From NCBI RefSeq assembly GCF_964355755.1, contig NC_092672.1:19543237-19607236 (forward strand): a stretch of DNA of 64,000 nt, read 5' to 3'. The DNA comes from Antedon mediterranea (taxonomy: Eukaryota > Animalia > Echinodermata). The position numbers were made by a program, and so were the translations under genes. Below the pieces are notes generated by a model. That model was not told the origin of the DNA, ran no database searches, and was given only the letters and a program-made list of their open reading frames with translations. The number at the start of each line of letters is the position of its first letter. Position 1 is the stretch's first letter. Shown here one piece after another: positions 42,101 to 57,100 of the stretch.

Positions 42101-45100
42101 GCTTTTCAAAGTGCGTCCGTTAAGGGAGGTGGCCGCTGTAAATAAAATATGGGGTTTTCATGAATAAAAATAATCACAGAAGAAAGTGCTTACGAATATG
42201 ACCTTGTGAAACGGTAATTTGAAAATGCAAATAAGGCATGCCTGCTAATAATCTACAAATTTAAATTTGTATGAGATAAATATGCAAAATCTAAAGAATA
42301 TCTCATTTTTAGTTACCATAGTAACTGTTGCTATGCATAACTAAGGGAAATGAAATAATTATCAGATAATTATTAATTAATAATTAATAATGAATCCAAC
42401 CATCACAGTAAAAAAAATATAGAATTTAAAACCAATATTTAATAATAAAGTGTGATATTTTACATGCTGACCTTAAATGAAATGAAATTTCAAATCAGGG
42501 CTTCAATATTTGTTATGTAGCATTAACATACCTGAGTATATCATTGACTTTTGATTGGTTCTATTTTGGGGAGGGGAAAGTGGTGGATCAAGGACTTTTA
42601 AATAGTTAGGAGGTTAAGGAGGGTCTAAAAACTTTATGTCCTATCTTTTGCATTGCAATTTTTAACTTGGGGTGGGTGGGGGCTTGGAGAAAGGGGGAGG
42701 GGTGGGATGGAGGAGTTTGAATCCGTTTATTTATTGGGGCGATGGTAGCGGCAGTGTGGGTGGTGCTTGAATGCATGCATTTGACACTCTATAGTGGATG
42801 ATCGACCAAAGTGTTGCAGTTTATCTTTTTGTGGTTATAGTCGGGGGGGGGGGGGGAGAGGGGTGGTAGTCGAAAGTGGTGGTGGATGGGCATGTGGGAT
42901 CTGCTTAGGTTAGCAAATAAAAGAAGTAAACAAATGAAAGAGGAGCTTCAAAATAAGAGAGGAGTAATCTGTTGCAAAGATTAAAATTCACAACGATCTG
43001 ATAATTTATTCAAATTTCCAGAGAGGATATAACCTATAAAATAAAATTAAAACTGGGAATTACAGAATCTATAATTAAAAATTAATTTTTTTTCTCACAA
43101 CACAACTAGAACTATATAAAACATTAAGAATTTTTCTGACCAATGAGTTTCAAATCAAATAATCAAAGAAAATAAAATGTTTTTACTAATATACCATGTT
43201 TTTTTTTATTATAAAAATGCCTATGTTTCTCGCAACACTGCTTGTAGATTTTAAATTTACCCCAGTATTTTATTTTAGAAATCAATTATTAAACATTAGA
43301 ACTACCTATTTGTAATAAATCAGCTTAAAAAATACACCACTTTGGGCGTTATGGTGAAGTAAAGTTTAGTTGCATTGAACAATTTAAAAAAAGTGAAAAA
43401 CACCCCTTTTTAAATAAATGGTATCTCCCAAAGTATAAAATAAAAAATAAATAAAAAAATTTGAAACAGGTACACAAGGCATTGTTATTATGCATACACT
43501 AATTATTTTTTATAATTAAATGAACAACACAAAAATATCGTTCATCAAAGTAGTACCAATATCCATTTTAAAAAACCTTAAAAAAGGACAAAATTTGTCA
43601 AAAACACAAATTTGGCCGTTGCCATGGAAATATACGTGTGAAATAAAAAATACTTCATATTTGATTTCTCTCAACACATATGTAGCCATGTGCAAAATTT
43701 GAAAGAAATCCATTTTTTTGAGTCTGCCACTTTTTTTGATATTTCTTTGATTCTTACAGACAATGGCTCTTAAATTTGTGCAAATGCATCTCTTTACTTT
43801 ATAGCTATCAGTCTATCCACTTCTCGTAAACGACCAATTTTCTAAAACGACCTTTATACATCTTAAACAATCTCCCTTAATCGACCACCTCCTGTAACGA
43901 CAACCTCTCATAGGTAACCACCTCTTTTGACGACCACCATCTCTGTTAAGTGACTGCTTCTCATAGTCGACCACCACTCGTAAGGGATCACCTCTCTTAA
44001 GCACCACACATCTCCTAAGTGACCACCTCTTTCAAGGGACCACAACCTCTTTCTTAAGGGACCACTTCGACCACCACAAAAGGTAGGTCTATGGTGGTAG
44101 CCAAATATACAATTGTAGGGGTTTTCTGTCAAAACAACTGTGCACTTATATTTATTTATCAAATTCAAACATGTAAAAGCTCCCTTATATTATGGGATAA
44201 AGAGACCGACTTCCCATTATATGGTTAGTGTAGTATGTGGTGAAAATTTAACACCCAATAGAAAATTGCTATTCTTGCTTTTACCGATCAAATAGATAAA
44301 AGTTGGTTTGTCCGCCAGCAGCTTTTCTCATTATTAGTATAGTATTACTATTTATGTTTGGATTTATAGATCTTGCCTACTACAGAACAGAGGTAGTGTT
44401 TTGGATCTTGGTGTCTATTAATTAATATGTCTTTGTAAATAGCTTGTTTAAGTAAAATATTTTTGTTTTTAGGAAGGAAAGACACCTGAATCTATTGTAG
44501 AAACAAGTATGAAAATAACGAAAAAAGAAAAAACTGTGATTTTAAACTATTTTGACAGTAAGTAAAGTTTATAAATATAAATTATGCATTAATCTAAGAT
44601 AGGCAAACACAGTGCAAAAGCTTTAAACTGTAACCTATCCTACCTATCTGAAATGTTTCACAAAAGGTAGGTTCAAATGGTCACTACAGTACTTCCAGAT
44701 TTGATTCACTATAGTTACTTCTAGGTGTCACTTTCTCTGTGGTAGTTTTTTTAAGATGTTTATAACAACACTCCAAATAGAGTGTGGCACAGGTAGTCAT
44801 TTGAAATTATCAATGCTACTATTATAAATTTTTAAATTTTACTTCATAAACAAACTGTAAGGTGAATATTTTTTTATATAAGCTGGCAGGCTTTATTTTT
44901 CTGTTTCATTCCAAATGAATGGAACTCAATTCTCTGGATCCAGCCCAATCAATAGCATAATTGTACATGGATGCCACTATTTTATCATGTTAATTGACAT
45001 AGTTGGTTTAATATATTTGTATTAATATTATTGTATTGATGGTACTCGGACATAATTTATTATTCTTAAGGTATCATTTCCCAAGGTTCAAGTTTACCAG

Positions 45101-48100
45101 GGGTATTATATTATTAAAGTTGACGAGAACTATTGTACTGTATATGAGATGACATTTATTTTACTGTTTAATAACAAAATAATGTTTTGCAGTAACCCGT
45201 GCTCCGTATAGTCTTTTTCTGCCTTTATATGTGGTTATATACTAATTCGCATGGGAGAAGAAAATATAATAAAAATGCAGTCTTCCCTGATAAAAGTACT
45301 CTGAAATTTATTTATTTTTTTTAATTGTCAAGAATAAAAATTCAGAACTATTTACAGCCATTGATTTTGCTACACAAAATATTCCTTTACTTTGAAATAT
45401 CTGTAAGCTCAAAAATGAAAGCAATACTGGATATGGGATTTTACGAAAATAACATTAAAAAAAAACGTAACATAAACGTAAAATACCAATCTATATTTTG
45501 GGTGTATTTTTCGTTGTGTATTGTTTGATATTTTGTTTCTTAGTTATGCTCAGAATTAGTGGTCACATTTACAAATAAAAAAATGGGACATAAATCGAAT
45601 GAAAAACACGCCCTAAATCCGAAATATTGGGATTGGTTTGAGTGTGTTTATTTTTATTCATTTACATTTTTTTTTATTTCAATTGTTTTTGATATTTTGC
45701 TATTTCTTTGTGTGAGGTTTGGTATCTTGCTAGTTTTTTATCTTTTGCTTTAAGTGGTGCTTATTTACACATATCGCGTAATCGAACTTAAATGTACCAT
45801 AAGCATTGATATCATTGCCACGGCGTTTTACTCACTGGGCCAAACCGTGATTTACGAAAATCATTCTGTTCAAAGGATAAGTATAATTAATTAAAGCGAC
45901 GCGATCATTCAATATGGTTATTTGGCTACCGAGACTAAACACTGTTTTAATTTGGCGGCCCGGCATGGTGTTTGTAGATCCGGCCATGGTGGTACACAAC
46001 AGAGGAAGTTGCGTAGTTTATACAGTGACGTAACATGGTCGCTGCATGAGACGTCAAATTACAGTTATTTTTTGCCTTTTTTAGTGTTTATCCTTAAAAT
46101 TTAGGAAAGTGACATAGCCTATTATGTGCGGCCCCAATTTAGTAGCATTAATATATAGATGATAATATGAAGCATTTTTAAGGCTTACAGAGGCTGATTG
46201 AGATATTTATTTTTTGTCATAATAGAATTGTTAGTTCCTGCAGAGATACGTGCCAGGGGTAAACAAGCTATTAAAATATATAAAGAAGAACTTAAAACTG
46301 GTAGCATGTCTGTTGTGAATTCAAGATGTATGTTTCTAGGAAAAGAAGGTGCTGGCAAGACTAGCTGTGTAAAGGCTATGGTTGGAGAAAGGTAAGAAGT
46401 AAAATGGTATATTGTTTATATTACGGTATCTTGCTGTGTATTAACCATCAACCATTTTAGTGATCATTTTAAGATTTTAGGCATTCATAGTTTAAGCTTC
46501 TTAATCAGAATGCTAAGAAATGCTTTGTGAATGGTAAGTGAAGGCATTCAGCTTTGGTAAGGGAATGTTTAATTTGAATTACTATACACTAAGGGTAACA
46601 TTGTAGTATTTTAAATTATGATTCTTATTAAATAATAAAAACATTAATTTTATTCACTTTAATTTACTTTTAATTAACTTACTATAAATGTTCTATTTAT
46701 TTAAAATTTATCAGTTGTTTTATGATTGGAATGTATATTTAAATGCAGTCTCCTTTTATGATTTAGTCATTTTATACATACTTTGTATGTGTCTAAAACG
46801 TACAATAAATGTTTAACTTTACTATACAATGTTATAATAGATTCAATTCTGCAGAAAAATCCACAGATGGAATCGTTACAACCACAGTGTTTCAAGCAAA
46901 GAAGGATTGTAGTCAATGGAAAAAGATAAAAGATGTAAATGGTGAGAAAAGCAACTGAAAATGTTAAATTTTACATATTCATCATTTTGCTATAATTTTA
47001 ACATTAATTTATTTTTGATAAAATAATACTAATTTTTAAATAAAAACATTCTTAAATGTATAATATAATGCCATTTATACATTGGTTATACAACAAATAA
47101 CAATTCAAAATTCATTTGGCTATGCAACCATTACGTCTTGGTCTTCTATTTTCAAAGAGGTGATTGAAATCACCTCAGATACCAGAAATTGGAAAATTAC
47201 TGTCAATGTTCAGAATATTGCTTATCATTGTATTCCTCTCATCCCATACAACACATTGGTTTCCTAATCTAATTGTCCATTTCTTGCTTTGTATAGGTAT
47301 TGACCTATCAGAGCAAATTCGTTCACATGCTTTAGGAGAAAAGGTTGATAAAAGGTTACAAGAAGGTAGGTACAGACTAATAAAGCTTTTATAACATTTA
47401 AATCTGCATAAAAGATGTATAATGATATTGATCAGTAACACTGTTATATTGGTTTTGTTTCTGTAATTTTTTGTAGAAGGCAATGTTGGAACCTGGGCTA
47501 AATTTAAGAATGGTATGTATAAGATGGTAAGAAGAAAAGAAAAAGTGAGTGACATAACTAGTGTATGGGACTACGCTGGTCAACTAGACTACTATATAAC
47601 GCACAGGGTATGTTTTCATTATTGTATTATAAATATCACATGTATTCTAAGGGTCATATTTAAAACAAATATTATTTTGATTGGGTTCAGAAATAATTAA
47701 ATTTGAAGTTCTTAAATACTATTAGACCTTTTGTATTGATTAATTGTTGATTAAAATAAGAAGAACAGACTTTATTTTTCTTTTTACATAATGTGTTCTT
47801 TTGCCAAGAACATTTTTAACAGGGTTATTTTATCAATGTGCAACTTTTTTTTTAGACTATGCTATGTTTTTGTTGGTTTTTCTAGTTCCATTGATCTTAC
47901 ATGTTTCAATTACTGATTTTTTTTTATCACAAGTTTTCATATAAAACATCACCAGGGGCTGATCCAGGGGAGGGGACCACAGGGCATTTGTACCTGTCAA
48001 TATTGTCAACAGTAAAAAGAGAGGGTGGAGGGCAGAGTGGAGTAGATGTGGGAATGAGGAGGTTAAATATATTATTTAAACATCGTCAGTAAACAAATCA

Positions 48101-51100
48101 AAAAACCTCAGAATACCATACCTCCACCAATTATACCAGGCCTTTCTTTCTTTCTCTTTTGTTCTTATTTCATGCAATATTGCAATGTTGAATAAAGATC
48201 AATAGGTGATCTACAATAAACAATGCTAAAATAAATACTTTACACATACTATTCACAATCTAAATACAACAAATACTATTCCTGATCTAAAAAGGAAGAA
48301 GGTCGTAAGACTCAATAATAAATGCAAATCACTATCCAAATGAAAAAGTAAACAGAGAGGTATCACTTTTGAAATAATATCAATAATTGAAGTAGTATGA
48401 CTTTGATGGTAATTTAAAGAAATTGTATTAAATGGTAATTTATACTTACAAAATTTAAATTGTTTGTCTCAAGCTATGCATAAGTGTGTTTATGATTAAA
48501 ATCAATTTATTCAGAGAAAATGTGATTTTAAATCTATCCTAAAATCTCATTGAGCTGATTTCCACGCGTTCAAAACATCATCGGATAACATATATCAATG
48601 AAATATACACTACATTCACAAATAAAACAATGAATTAATACAAGTTAAACTTGAGAAGGAATTCTTTTTCTTTTAGAGTTGTACTTTTGTGGAATGGTCT
48701 TTCAGACTATGTTGTTTCAGCTAGTTCTTTAAATTTGTTTAAAAATAGACTAAATGAGGCTTGGGTAAACCATCCATTAAAGTCCACACCATTTGTACAA
48801 GATGACCTGCGAGGGGCTTATAAGCAATATACTTCGCCTCAATTTCCCTCTATTCATATGATTATGAGGGATTACAAGTAAACAAGTAAAAGTCTTGTAA
48901 TCAAAAAAGCTTTATATTTTAACTGCAAAAAAACACAATTTCCAACCAAAAATTGTATATTTTTTACCACTTAAAGAACTTGAACGGATACTCGGATTTT
49001 AGTCATTTAAATTGCAAAATGATAAACATTAATTTCTTTTTGGTTAACTGAAAGAAAAGTGAAATGATTAATAAATGACTAAACTTGACCTACACACGCA
49101 TGCACCAGTGACCTCCTGCAAGCTGAAAAATAGTTGTGTAAATTCCATTTGACGTAGTACACGCACCCCTCTTGTAAGAATTACCACATGTATCAATGCA
49201 AGCTGAATGATGGTGGAAAAACATGCATCCCTCTTACAAGAAATTACCATGTGTTCTTGCCTGCATTGATGGTATCTGTTCCAATTTACAATCATATTGT
49301 TATGTATCACTCTGGCCTAGTCAATGACGACAATACGACAGGCTCATGTGTATACCAACAATGAAATTGCGCTATATTTAGACATTGACAGGGTTTGCTC
49401 ACTGTCTGGGTGACAGCATGCAGCTTGTTTTTGAACGTCTAAACAAGTAGGTTATACCTAGCCAATGGTTTTGAAATAATCATAACAACAAAACATACAT
49501 AGCAATACACATCATGTCAAGTTAGTTCCCGCAACATAGGAACCACAGTCCTGGTAAGGGTCTGGTATCACAATGTATAAAACATACATAGTAATACACA
49601 TCATGTCAAGTTATTTTCCACAACATAGGAACCACAGTCCTGGTAAGGGTCTGGTATCACAATGTATAAAACATACATAGTAATACACATCATGTCAAGT
49701 TAGTTCCTGCAACATAGGAACCACAGTCCTGGTAAGGATCTGGTATCACAGTGTAAAAAAACATACATAGTAATACACATGTCAAGTTAGTTCCCGCAAC
49801 ATAGGAACCACAGTCCTGGTAAGGATCTGGTATCACAGTGTAAAAAAACATACATAGTAATACACATGTCAAGTTAGTTCCCGCAACATAGGAACCACAG
49901 TTCTGGTAAGGGTCTGGTATCACAGTGTAAAAAACATACATAGTAATACACATGTCAAGTTAGTTCCCGCAACATAGGAACCACAGTCGTGGTAAGGGTC
50001 TGGTATCACAGTGTAAAAAAACATACATAGTAATACACATGTCAAGTTAGTTCCCGCAACATAGGAACCACAGTCCTGGTAGGTGTCTGGTATCACATTG
50101 TATAAAACATACATAGCAATACACATCATGTCAAGTTAGTTCCCGCAACATAGGAACCACAGTCCTGGTAGGGGTCTGGTATCACAATGTATAAAACATA
50201 CATAGCAATACACATCATGTCAAGTTAGTTCCCGCAACATAGGAACCACAGTCCTGGTAGGGGTCTGGTATCACAATGTATAAAACATACATAGCAATAC
50301 ACATCATGTCAAGTTAGTTCCTGCAACATAGGAACCACAGTCCTGGTAGGGGTCTGGTATTACAGTGTATAAAACATACATAGCAATACACATCATGTCA
50401 AGTTAGTTCCCGCAACATAGGAACCACAGTCCTGGTAAGGGTCTGGTATTACAGTGTATAAAACATACATAGCAATACACATCATGTCAAGTTAGTTCCC
50501 GCAACATAGGAACCACAGTCCTGGTAAGGGTCTGGTATTACAGTGTATAAAACATACATAGCAATACACATCATGTCAAGTTAGTTCCTGCAACATAGGA
50601 ACCACAGTCCTGGTAGGTGTCTGGTATCACATTGTATAAAACATACATAGCAATACACATCATGTCAAGTTAGTTCCCGCAACATAGGAACCACAGTCCT
50701 GGTAGGGTCTGGTATCACAGTGTAAAAAACATACATAGCAATACACATCATGTCAAGTTAGTTCCCGCAACATAGGAACCACAGTCCTGGTAAGGGTCTG
50801 GTATTACAGTGTATAAAACATACATAGCAATACACATCATGTCAAGTTAGTTCCTGCAACATAGGAACCACAGTCCTGGTAAGGGTCTGGTATCACAGTG
50901 TATAAAACATACATAGCAATACACATCATGTCAAGTTAGTTCCCACAACATAGGAACCACAGTCCTGGTAAGGGTCTGGTATCACAGTGTATAAAACATA
51001 CATAGCAATACACATCATGTCAAGTTAGTTCCTGCAACATAGGAACCACAGTCCTGGTAAGGGTCTGGTATCACAGTGTATAAAACATACATAGCAATAC

Positions 51101-54100
51101 ACATCATGTCAAGTTAGTTCCTGCAACATAGGAACCACAGTCCTGGTAAGGGTCTGGTATCACAGTGTATAAAACATACATAGCAATACACATCATGTCA
51201 AGTTAGTTCCCACAACATAGGAACCACAGTCCTGGTAGGTGTCTGGTATCACATTGTATAAAACATACATAGCAATACACATCATGTCAAGTTAGTTCCC
51301 GCAACATAGGAACCACAGTCCTGGTAGGGTCTGGTATCACAGTGTAAAAAACATACATAGCAATACACATCATGTCAAGTTAGTTCCCGCAACATAGGAA
51401 CCACAGTCCTGGTAAGGGTCTGGTATTACAGTGTATAAAACATACATAGCAATACACATCATGTCAAGTTAGTTCCTGCAACATAGGAACCACAGTCCTG
51501 GTAAGGGTCTGGTATCACAGTGTATAAAACATACATAGCAATACACATCATGTCAAGTTAGTTCCCACAACATAGGAACCACAGTCCTGGTAAGGGTCTG
51601 GTATCACAGTGTATAAAACATACATAGCAATACACATCATGTCAAGTTAGTTCCCACAACATAGGAACCACAGTCCTGGTAAGGGTCTGGTATCACAGTG
51701 TATAAAACATACATAGCAATACACATCATGTCAAGTTAGTTCCCACAACATAGGAACCACAGTCCTGGTAAGGGTCTGGTATCACAGTGTATAAAACATA
51801 CATAGCAATACACATCATGTCAAGTTAGTTCCCACAACATAGGAACCACAGTCCTGGTAAGGGTCTGGTATCACGGTGTATAAAACATATATAGCAATAC
51901 ACATCATGTCAAGTTAGTTCCCACAACATAGGAACCACAGTCCTGGTAAGGGTCTGGTATCACAGTGTAAAAAACATATATAGCAATACACATCATGTCA
52001 AGTTAGTTCCCACAACATAGGAACCACAGTCCCGGTAGGGGTCTGGTATCACAGTGTAAAAAACATACATAGCAATACACATCATGTCAAGTTAGTTCCC
52101 ACAACATAGGAACCACAGTCCTGGTAAGGGTCTGGTATCACAGTGTATAAAACATACATAGCAATACACATCATGTCAAGTTAGTTCCCGCAACATAGGA
52201 ACCACAGTCCTGGTAAGGGTCTGGTATCACAGTGTATAAAACATATATAGCAATACACATCATGTCAAGTTAGTTCCCACAACATAGGAACCACAGTCCC
52301 GGTAGGGGTCTGGTATCACAGTGTAAAAAACATACATAGTAATACACATCATGTCAAGTTAGTTCCCGCAACATAGGAACCACAGTCCTGGTAAGGGTCT
52401 GGTATCACAGTGTAAAAAACATATATAGCAATACACATCATGTCAAGTTAGTTCCCACAACATAGGAACCACAGTCCTGGTAGGGGTCTGGTATTACAGT
52501 GTATAAAACATACATAGCAATACACATCATGTCAAGTTAGTTCCCACAACATAGGAACCACAGTCCCGGTAGGGGTCTGGTATCACAGTGTAAAAAACAT
52601 ACATAGTAATACACATCATGTCAAGTTAGTTGCCACAACATAGGAACCACAGTCCTTGTAGGGGTCTGGTATCACAGTGTAAAAAACATACATAGTAATA
52701 CACATGTCAAGTTAGTTCCCGCAACATAGGAACCACAGTCCTGGTAGGGGTCTGGTATCACAGTGTAAAAAACATACATAGTAATACACATGTCAAGTTA
52801 GTTCCCGCAACATAGGAACCACAGTCCTGGTAGGGGTCTGGTATCACAGTGTAAAAAACATACATAGCAATACACATCATGTCAAGTTAGTTCCTGCAAC
52901 ATAGGAACCACAGTCCTGGTAAGGGTCTGGTATCACAGTGTAAAAAACATACATAGCAATACACATCATGTCAAGTTAGTTCCCGCAACATAGGAACCAC
53001 AGTCCTGGTAGGGGTCTGGTATCACAGTGTAAAAAACATACATAGCAATACACATCATGTCAAGTTAGTTCCCACAACATAGGAACCACAGTCCTGGTAG
53101 GGGTCTGGTATCACAGTGTATAAAACATACATAGCAATACACATCATGTCAAGTTAGTTTCCACAACATAGGAACCACAGTCCTGGTAAGGGTCTGGTAT
53201 CACAGTGTATAAAACATACATAGCAATACACATCATGTCAAGTTAGTTCCCACAACATAGGAACCACAGTCCTGGTAGGGGTCTGGTATCACAATGTAAA
53301 AATGGTGAAAGTTTATTTTACAGTCTGCATTAATCTGCATGTTTGACTTGATGAGGCATGAACAAAAGTGCTCACAACAAAAGCAGAGCAAAATAGATAA
53401 ATAAATGACTATTTATTTGCGCACTAGATTGTTTCATAAAAATGATAAAAGAAGAGCTATTTCATCACCTTGATGAAACAGTACAGTATGTAGTGTGCAA
53501 ATAGAATGTTGAAGTTTTTACTTGAGTCATTAAACTTTATCTATATAAAATATTGTAATATTATTATTATAATTAACCATGAAAACATAATCCTTGTTAA
53601 TTTCCAGTTTTTCCTGACAAATACAGTATCATACTGTGTTGCTTTCAATGTCATGGACAACTTGGATGAGCCAGCTAAACCACGGGGTTCAAAAATAGTA
53701 AGTTAAACTTTCAAGTACTTTAGACAATCTTGTGAACTACAAATGCTATGATTTAATAATGTAATTTAATTTCAATTTTAGTTTAAAAATATATTGTCAT
53801 TGTCATTTTAGGGTCAGCTAGGAATGACTAATTTGGACATGAATTTCTTCTGGATAAGGTCCATTTATGAACATACTGTACAACATGGTTCAGGAAACAC
53901 TATTTCAATTGATGGCAAGAACATAGAGTCACCTCCCATCTGTTTGGTTGCAACTCATGTGGACAAATTGTCAGGGACAGCATCAGAAAAAGAGGAGGAG
54001 GTAAATAGTATATAAATATTTGATATTTATATCTTTTCTTTTTCCTAACTATGTCAACATAAGCGCTCCTAGCAACTGAACACTATACACCTCAACTGAC

Positions 54101-57100
54101 TGAAACGGACAGGCGCACAAAAATGTAGACATAAGCTTAGTTACATGTATAGTTGCCCATGTTCTATTTATACTGTAACTGAGTGAAACCGAAAAGTTTT
54201 AAATGTGTCACACGTGTGGTATGGGTAACGGCGACCAGTCGTAATTTGTTTGTATATACTGGTTCCTATACAACTATGAATTGCGTTGTGCGTGGAGTAA
54301 GGTAAATTAATAGGCTCTTTAGAATTAATATTTTGCCTACAAAAAGGTTGACTGTATTAACAACCCATCAGTACAATTAGAACAAAAAGCATTTTGAGGT
54401 ATAATGTACATGTTTATACAATCAACTAATATAACATGAAAATTGAACATTTAATTTAATGCATTACAAAAGAATTCATTAAAGAAAGTAAAGTAGAAAC
54501 ATTGTTTGAGATTTTGTCATTTTGAATTACAGTATGAATTAAATAAAACAGCCTGTAACAGTTATGGAAGATTGTGTATATTAGGTTTTGACATATTGTA
54601 TTGTAAACCACTGATCATGATGATCACTGAGATCACGCAGATTGATCTCGCTGATCATGTGAGTATTCTCAGTGGATATATTATTGTCAACACTTAGCTT
54701 CAAAATATGCCTGGAGGCGCAAACAAAATCCTACATCGCGACAAAAATCCAAAATGACTGCCCGTTTGATATAAATTGTATTTATAATGCCTATTAAATG
54801 CTCTTTCAGAAAAATTTTGATTGGGTATGTCATCCTCAGAATGTATTTTGTAATTTAACATATGAGTTCTAAGTCCAAGATGGCCATCAAAATTCAAAAT
54901 CGCTTCAAATTGAGCTAAATTGTATTTATAATGCCTATTAAATGGCCTTTTTAAACTTGTTTGTTTTTTATTTACCACACACATTGAATACAAAGTAAAA
55001 ATATTAAATTCATTCATTCATTCAATTCATTCTAGAAACATTTATTGACAATATCATAGCATAACATTAACAATGGTTGGCATATAATATATATAGTCGA
55101 GGGACTACAAAAGGCCCGATGGGCCTGTCGCTGTAGTCCCTCTTTACATTATACAAGTATACATACAAATGAAATATACAATATAGATAATACAGTATAC
55201 AGTATTAGCGTGATCAGTAATCATTGTGATGAGTTATCAGCGATAGTAGCAATATGAATGTATTTATTAATTGAAGGTTATGAAGATGTACAAGAAAATG
55301 TTTGATAAAATGGAAGGAATGCCATATGCTCACCATGTAGATCGTGAAATGTACATGGTTGATAACACCATGAAATCACCTGAAGGTATTACAAAACTTA
55401 AGCGAAATGTTGGTAGATACATGAAGGAAATGGTGAGAGAAGTTCCAGTAAAGTGGGTTAATTTACAGGAAAGTTTGCAAAGAATTGGTGAAACAAAATT
55501 GTGTATTACGTTTGAGGAGGTAAAGTTTTGATTGTGGATTCCAATGTAATTATAATATTATTATTTATTGTTACTTTGTTTTATTCCTACAGACATTAGT
55601 AATATTTATAGTCCTGGCCTATCATTGAATTTTCCATTAGATTTTCTCCAGGCTCTACAAGTAATGTACTAAGTTAAGTTATTTGTTTGAATTAAATTCT
55701 GTATTAGGTTTCCAGGATTGGCACTAAATGTGAAATTTCCGAAGAGGGGCTCGACACTGCCATAGAGTATATGAATGACATTGGGATCATTTTGCATTCA
55801 AGTACTAACAAAAAACTGAAGAACACTGTGATAACAGATCTTAAAATGATGATTCAAATGGTGACAAAAGTGATCACGGTAGTTAAACCGTCTATTAAAG
55901 TGGTAGGTAGATAATGTATTTTATTATGATATTAGATTGTCATCATGTGGATGTATAGGTGATGTTAATAATCTGTTCTTAGTAACTTGATGTGAAACAG
56001 TATAATTGTATTGATCATGTGATTGCACTGTGTAAAGTAAGAATAAACTGGGTTTTTTTTTTAAATATAGAAGCAAATGAGGGTGCTGTGGAAAAGGCTT
56101 GATGAGGAAGGAATGCTGGAAGAAAGACTGCTACGGTATTTATGGAAACATGAATTAAAGGAAGACCCACATCGCTTTGAAATCTTTACTGAAGTGATGA
56201 AAACATTTAGTTTGCTCTTTGAGAAATTGAAGGTAAGTTAATTCAATTCAATTCAATTTCTTTATTGCTGCAAATGCCATCAAGAGCTAATATCCGCTTA
56301 AACATACTACATCATACAGATACATTGTATTTACATTCAAAATTTTAAACATTTTATTTTAGATTGGATGTTACTTAAATTAGCTTAAATGTTATACTTG
56401 TAATATTTTAATTTACAACTCTTTGCTTACATCTGCAGGTAACCGAAGGTAACCGGGTATTCCTGGTTCCATCTCGAATGAAAACCGAGGAAAAGAGTCT
56501 TGAAGTTGAAACGGACAAACAAAATATGGTGTCAATCTATCTTACACCTGTAGACTTTCTTCCTAATGCTGTCTACAATACATTGGTTGTTGCGTTTCTG
56601 GACTTGATGGAGGTAAAAAATAAAGATGGAGAACAACTTGTGTCTCAAAACCGCAGTGAATTCGACTTTAAGGAACATGGGGTCAATCTAGGCACAGTGA
56701 AAATTGAAAACAAGCATGCATTAAAGGTTTGGAAATTCATTTATTTATTTAATTTTTCAAATAAATATATTTAAAGACAAAATTGTAATTGCAAACAGAG
56801 TTTTAAATAATTACAATCTCAATATTACTACTATTACACTACAGTATTACATTTTCATTTTTATGAATACATTGAATGCACAATGAATACAATGGTAATG
56901 TTTTGCATATATTATTTAACTCATTTTAAATTAACAAAGACAATTTTCCTCATCAGCTTGAAATAACTTATCTGACTGAAGTTGATGGTAATGTTAGAGA
57001 CCAAATGAATGAACCGCAGCCAAGTTTCTGCATAGAGGTAAAGAATAGCATGATAGGCTTTATTAATAACATTGTTAACACCAGCACTTGAATGTAATGA

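Noticed and set aside
43813-44168. Minus-strand ORFs of 64 and 86 aa
   Set aside because: Translations of the degenerate GACCACCTC repeat array; no domain signal.
49690-50129. Minus-strand ORFs with 29-aa repeats
   Set aside because: By-products of 87-bp unit variants of the minisatellite; the frame breaks in 89-bp units.
49491-53300. CRISPR array
   Set aside because: Units are contiguous and near-identical with no unique spacers, there are no cas genes, and the context is a eukaryotic intron.
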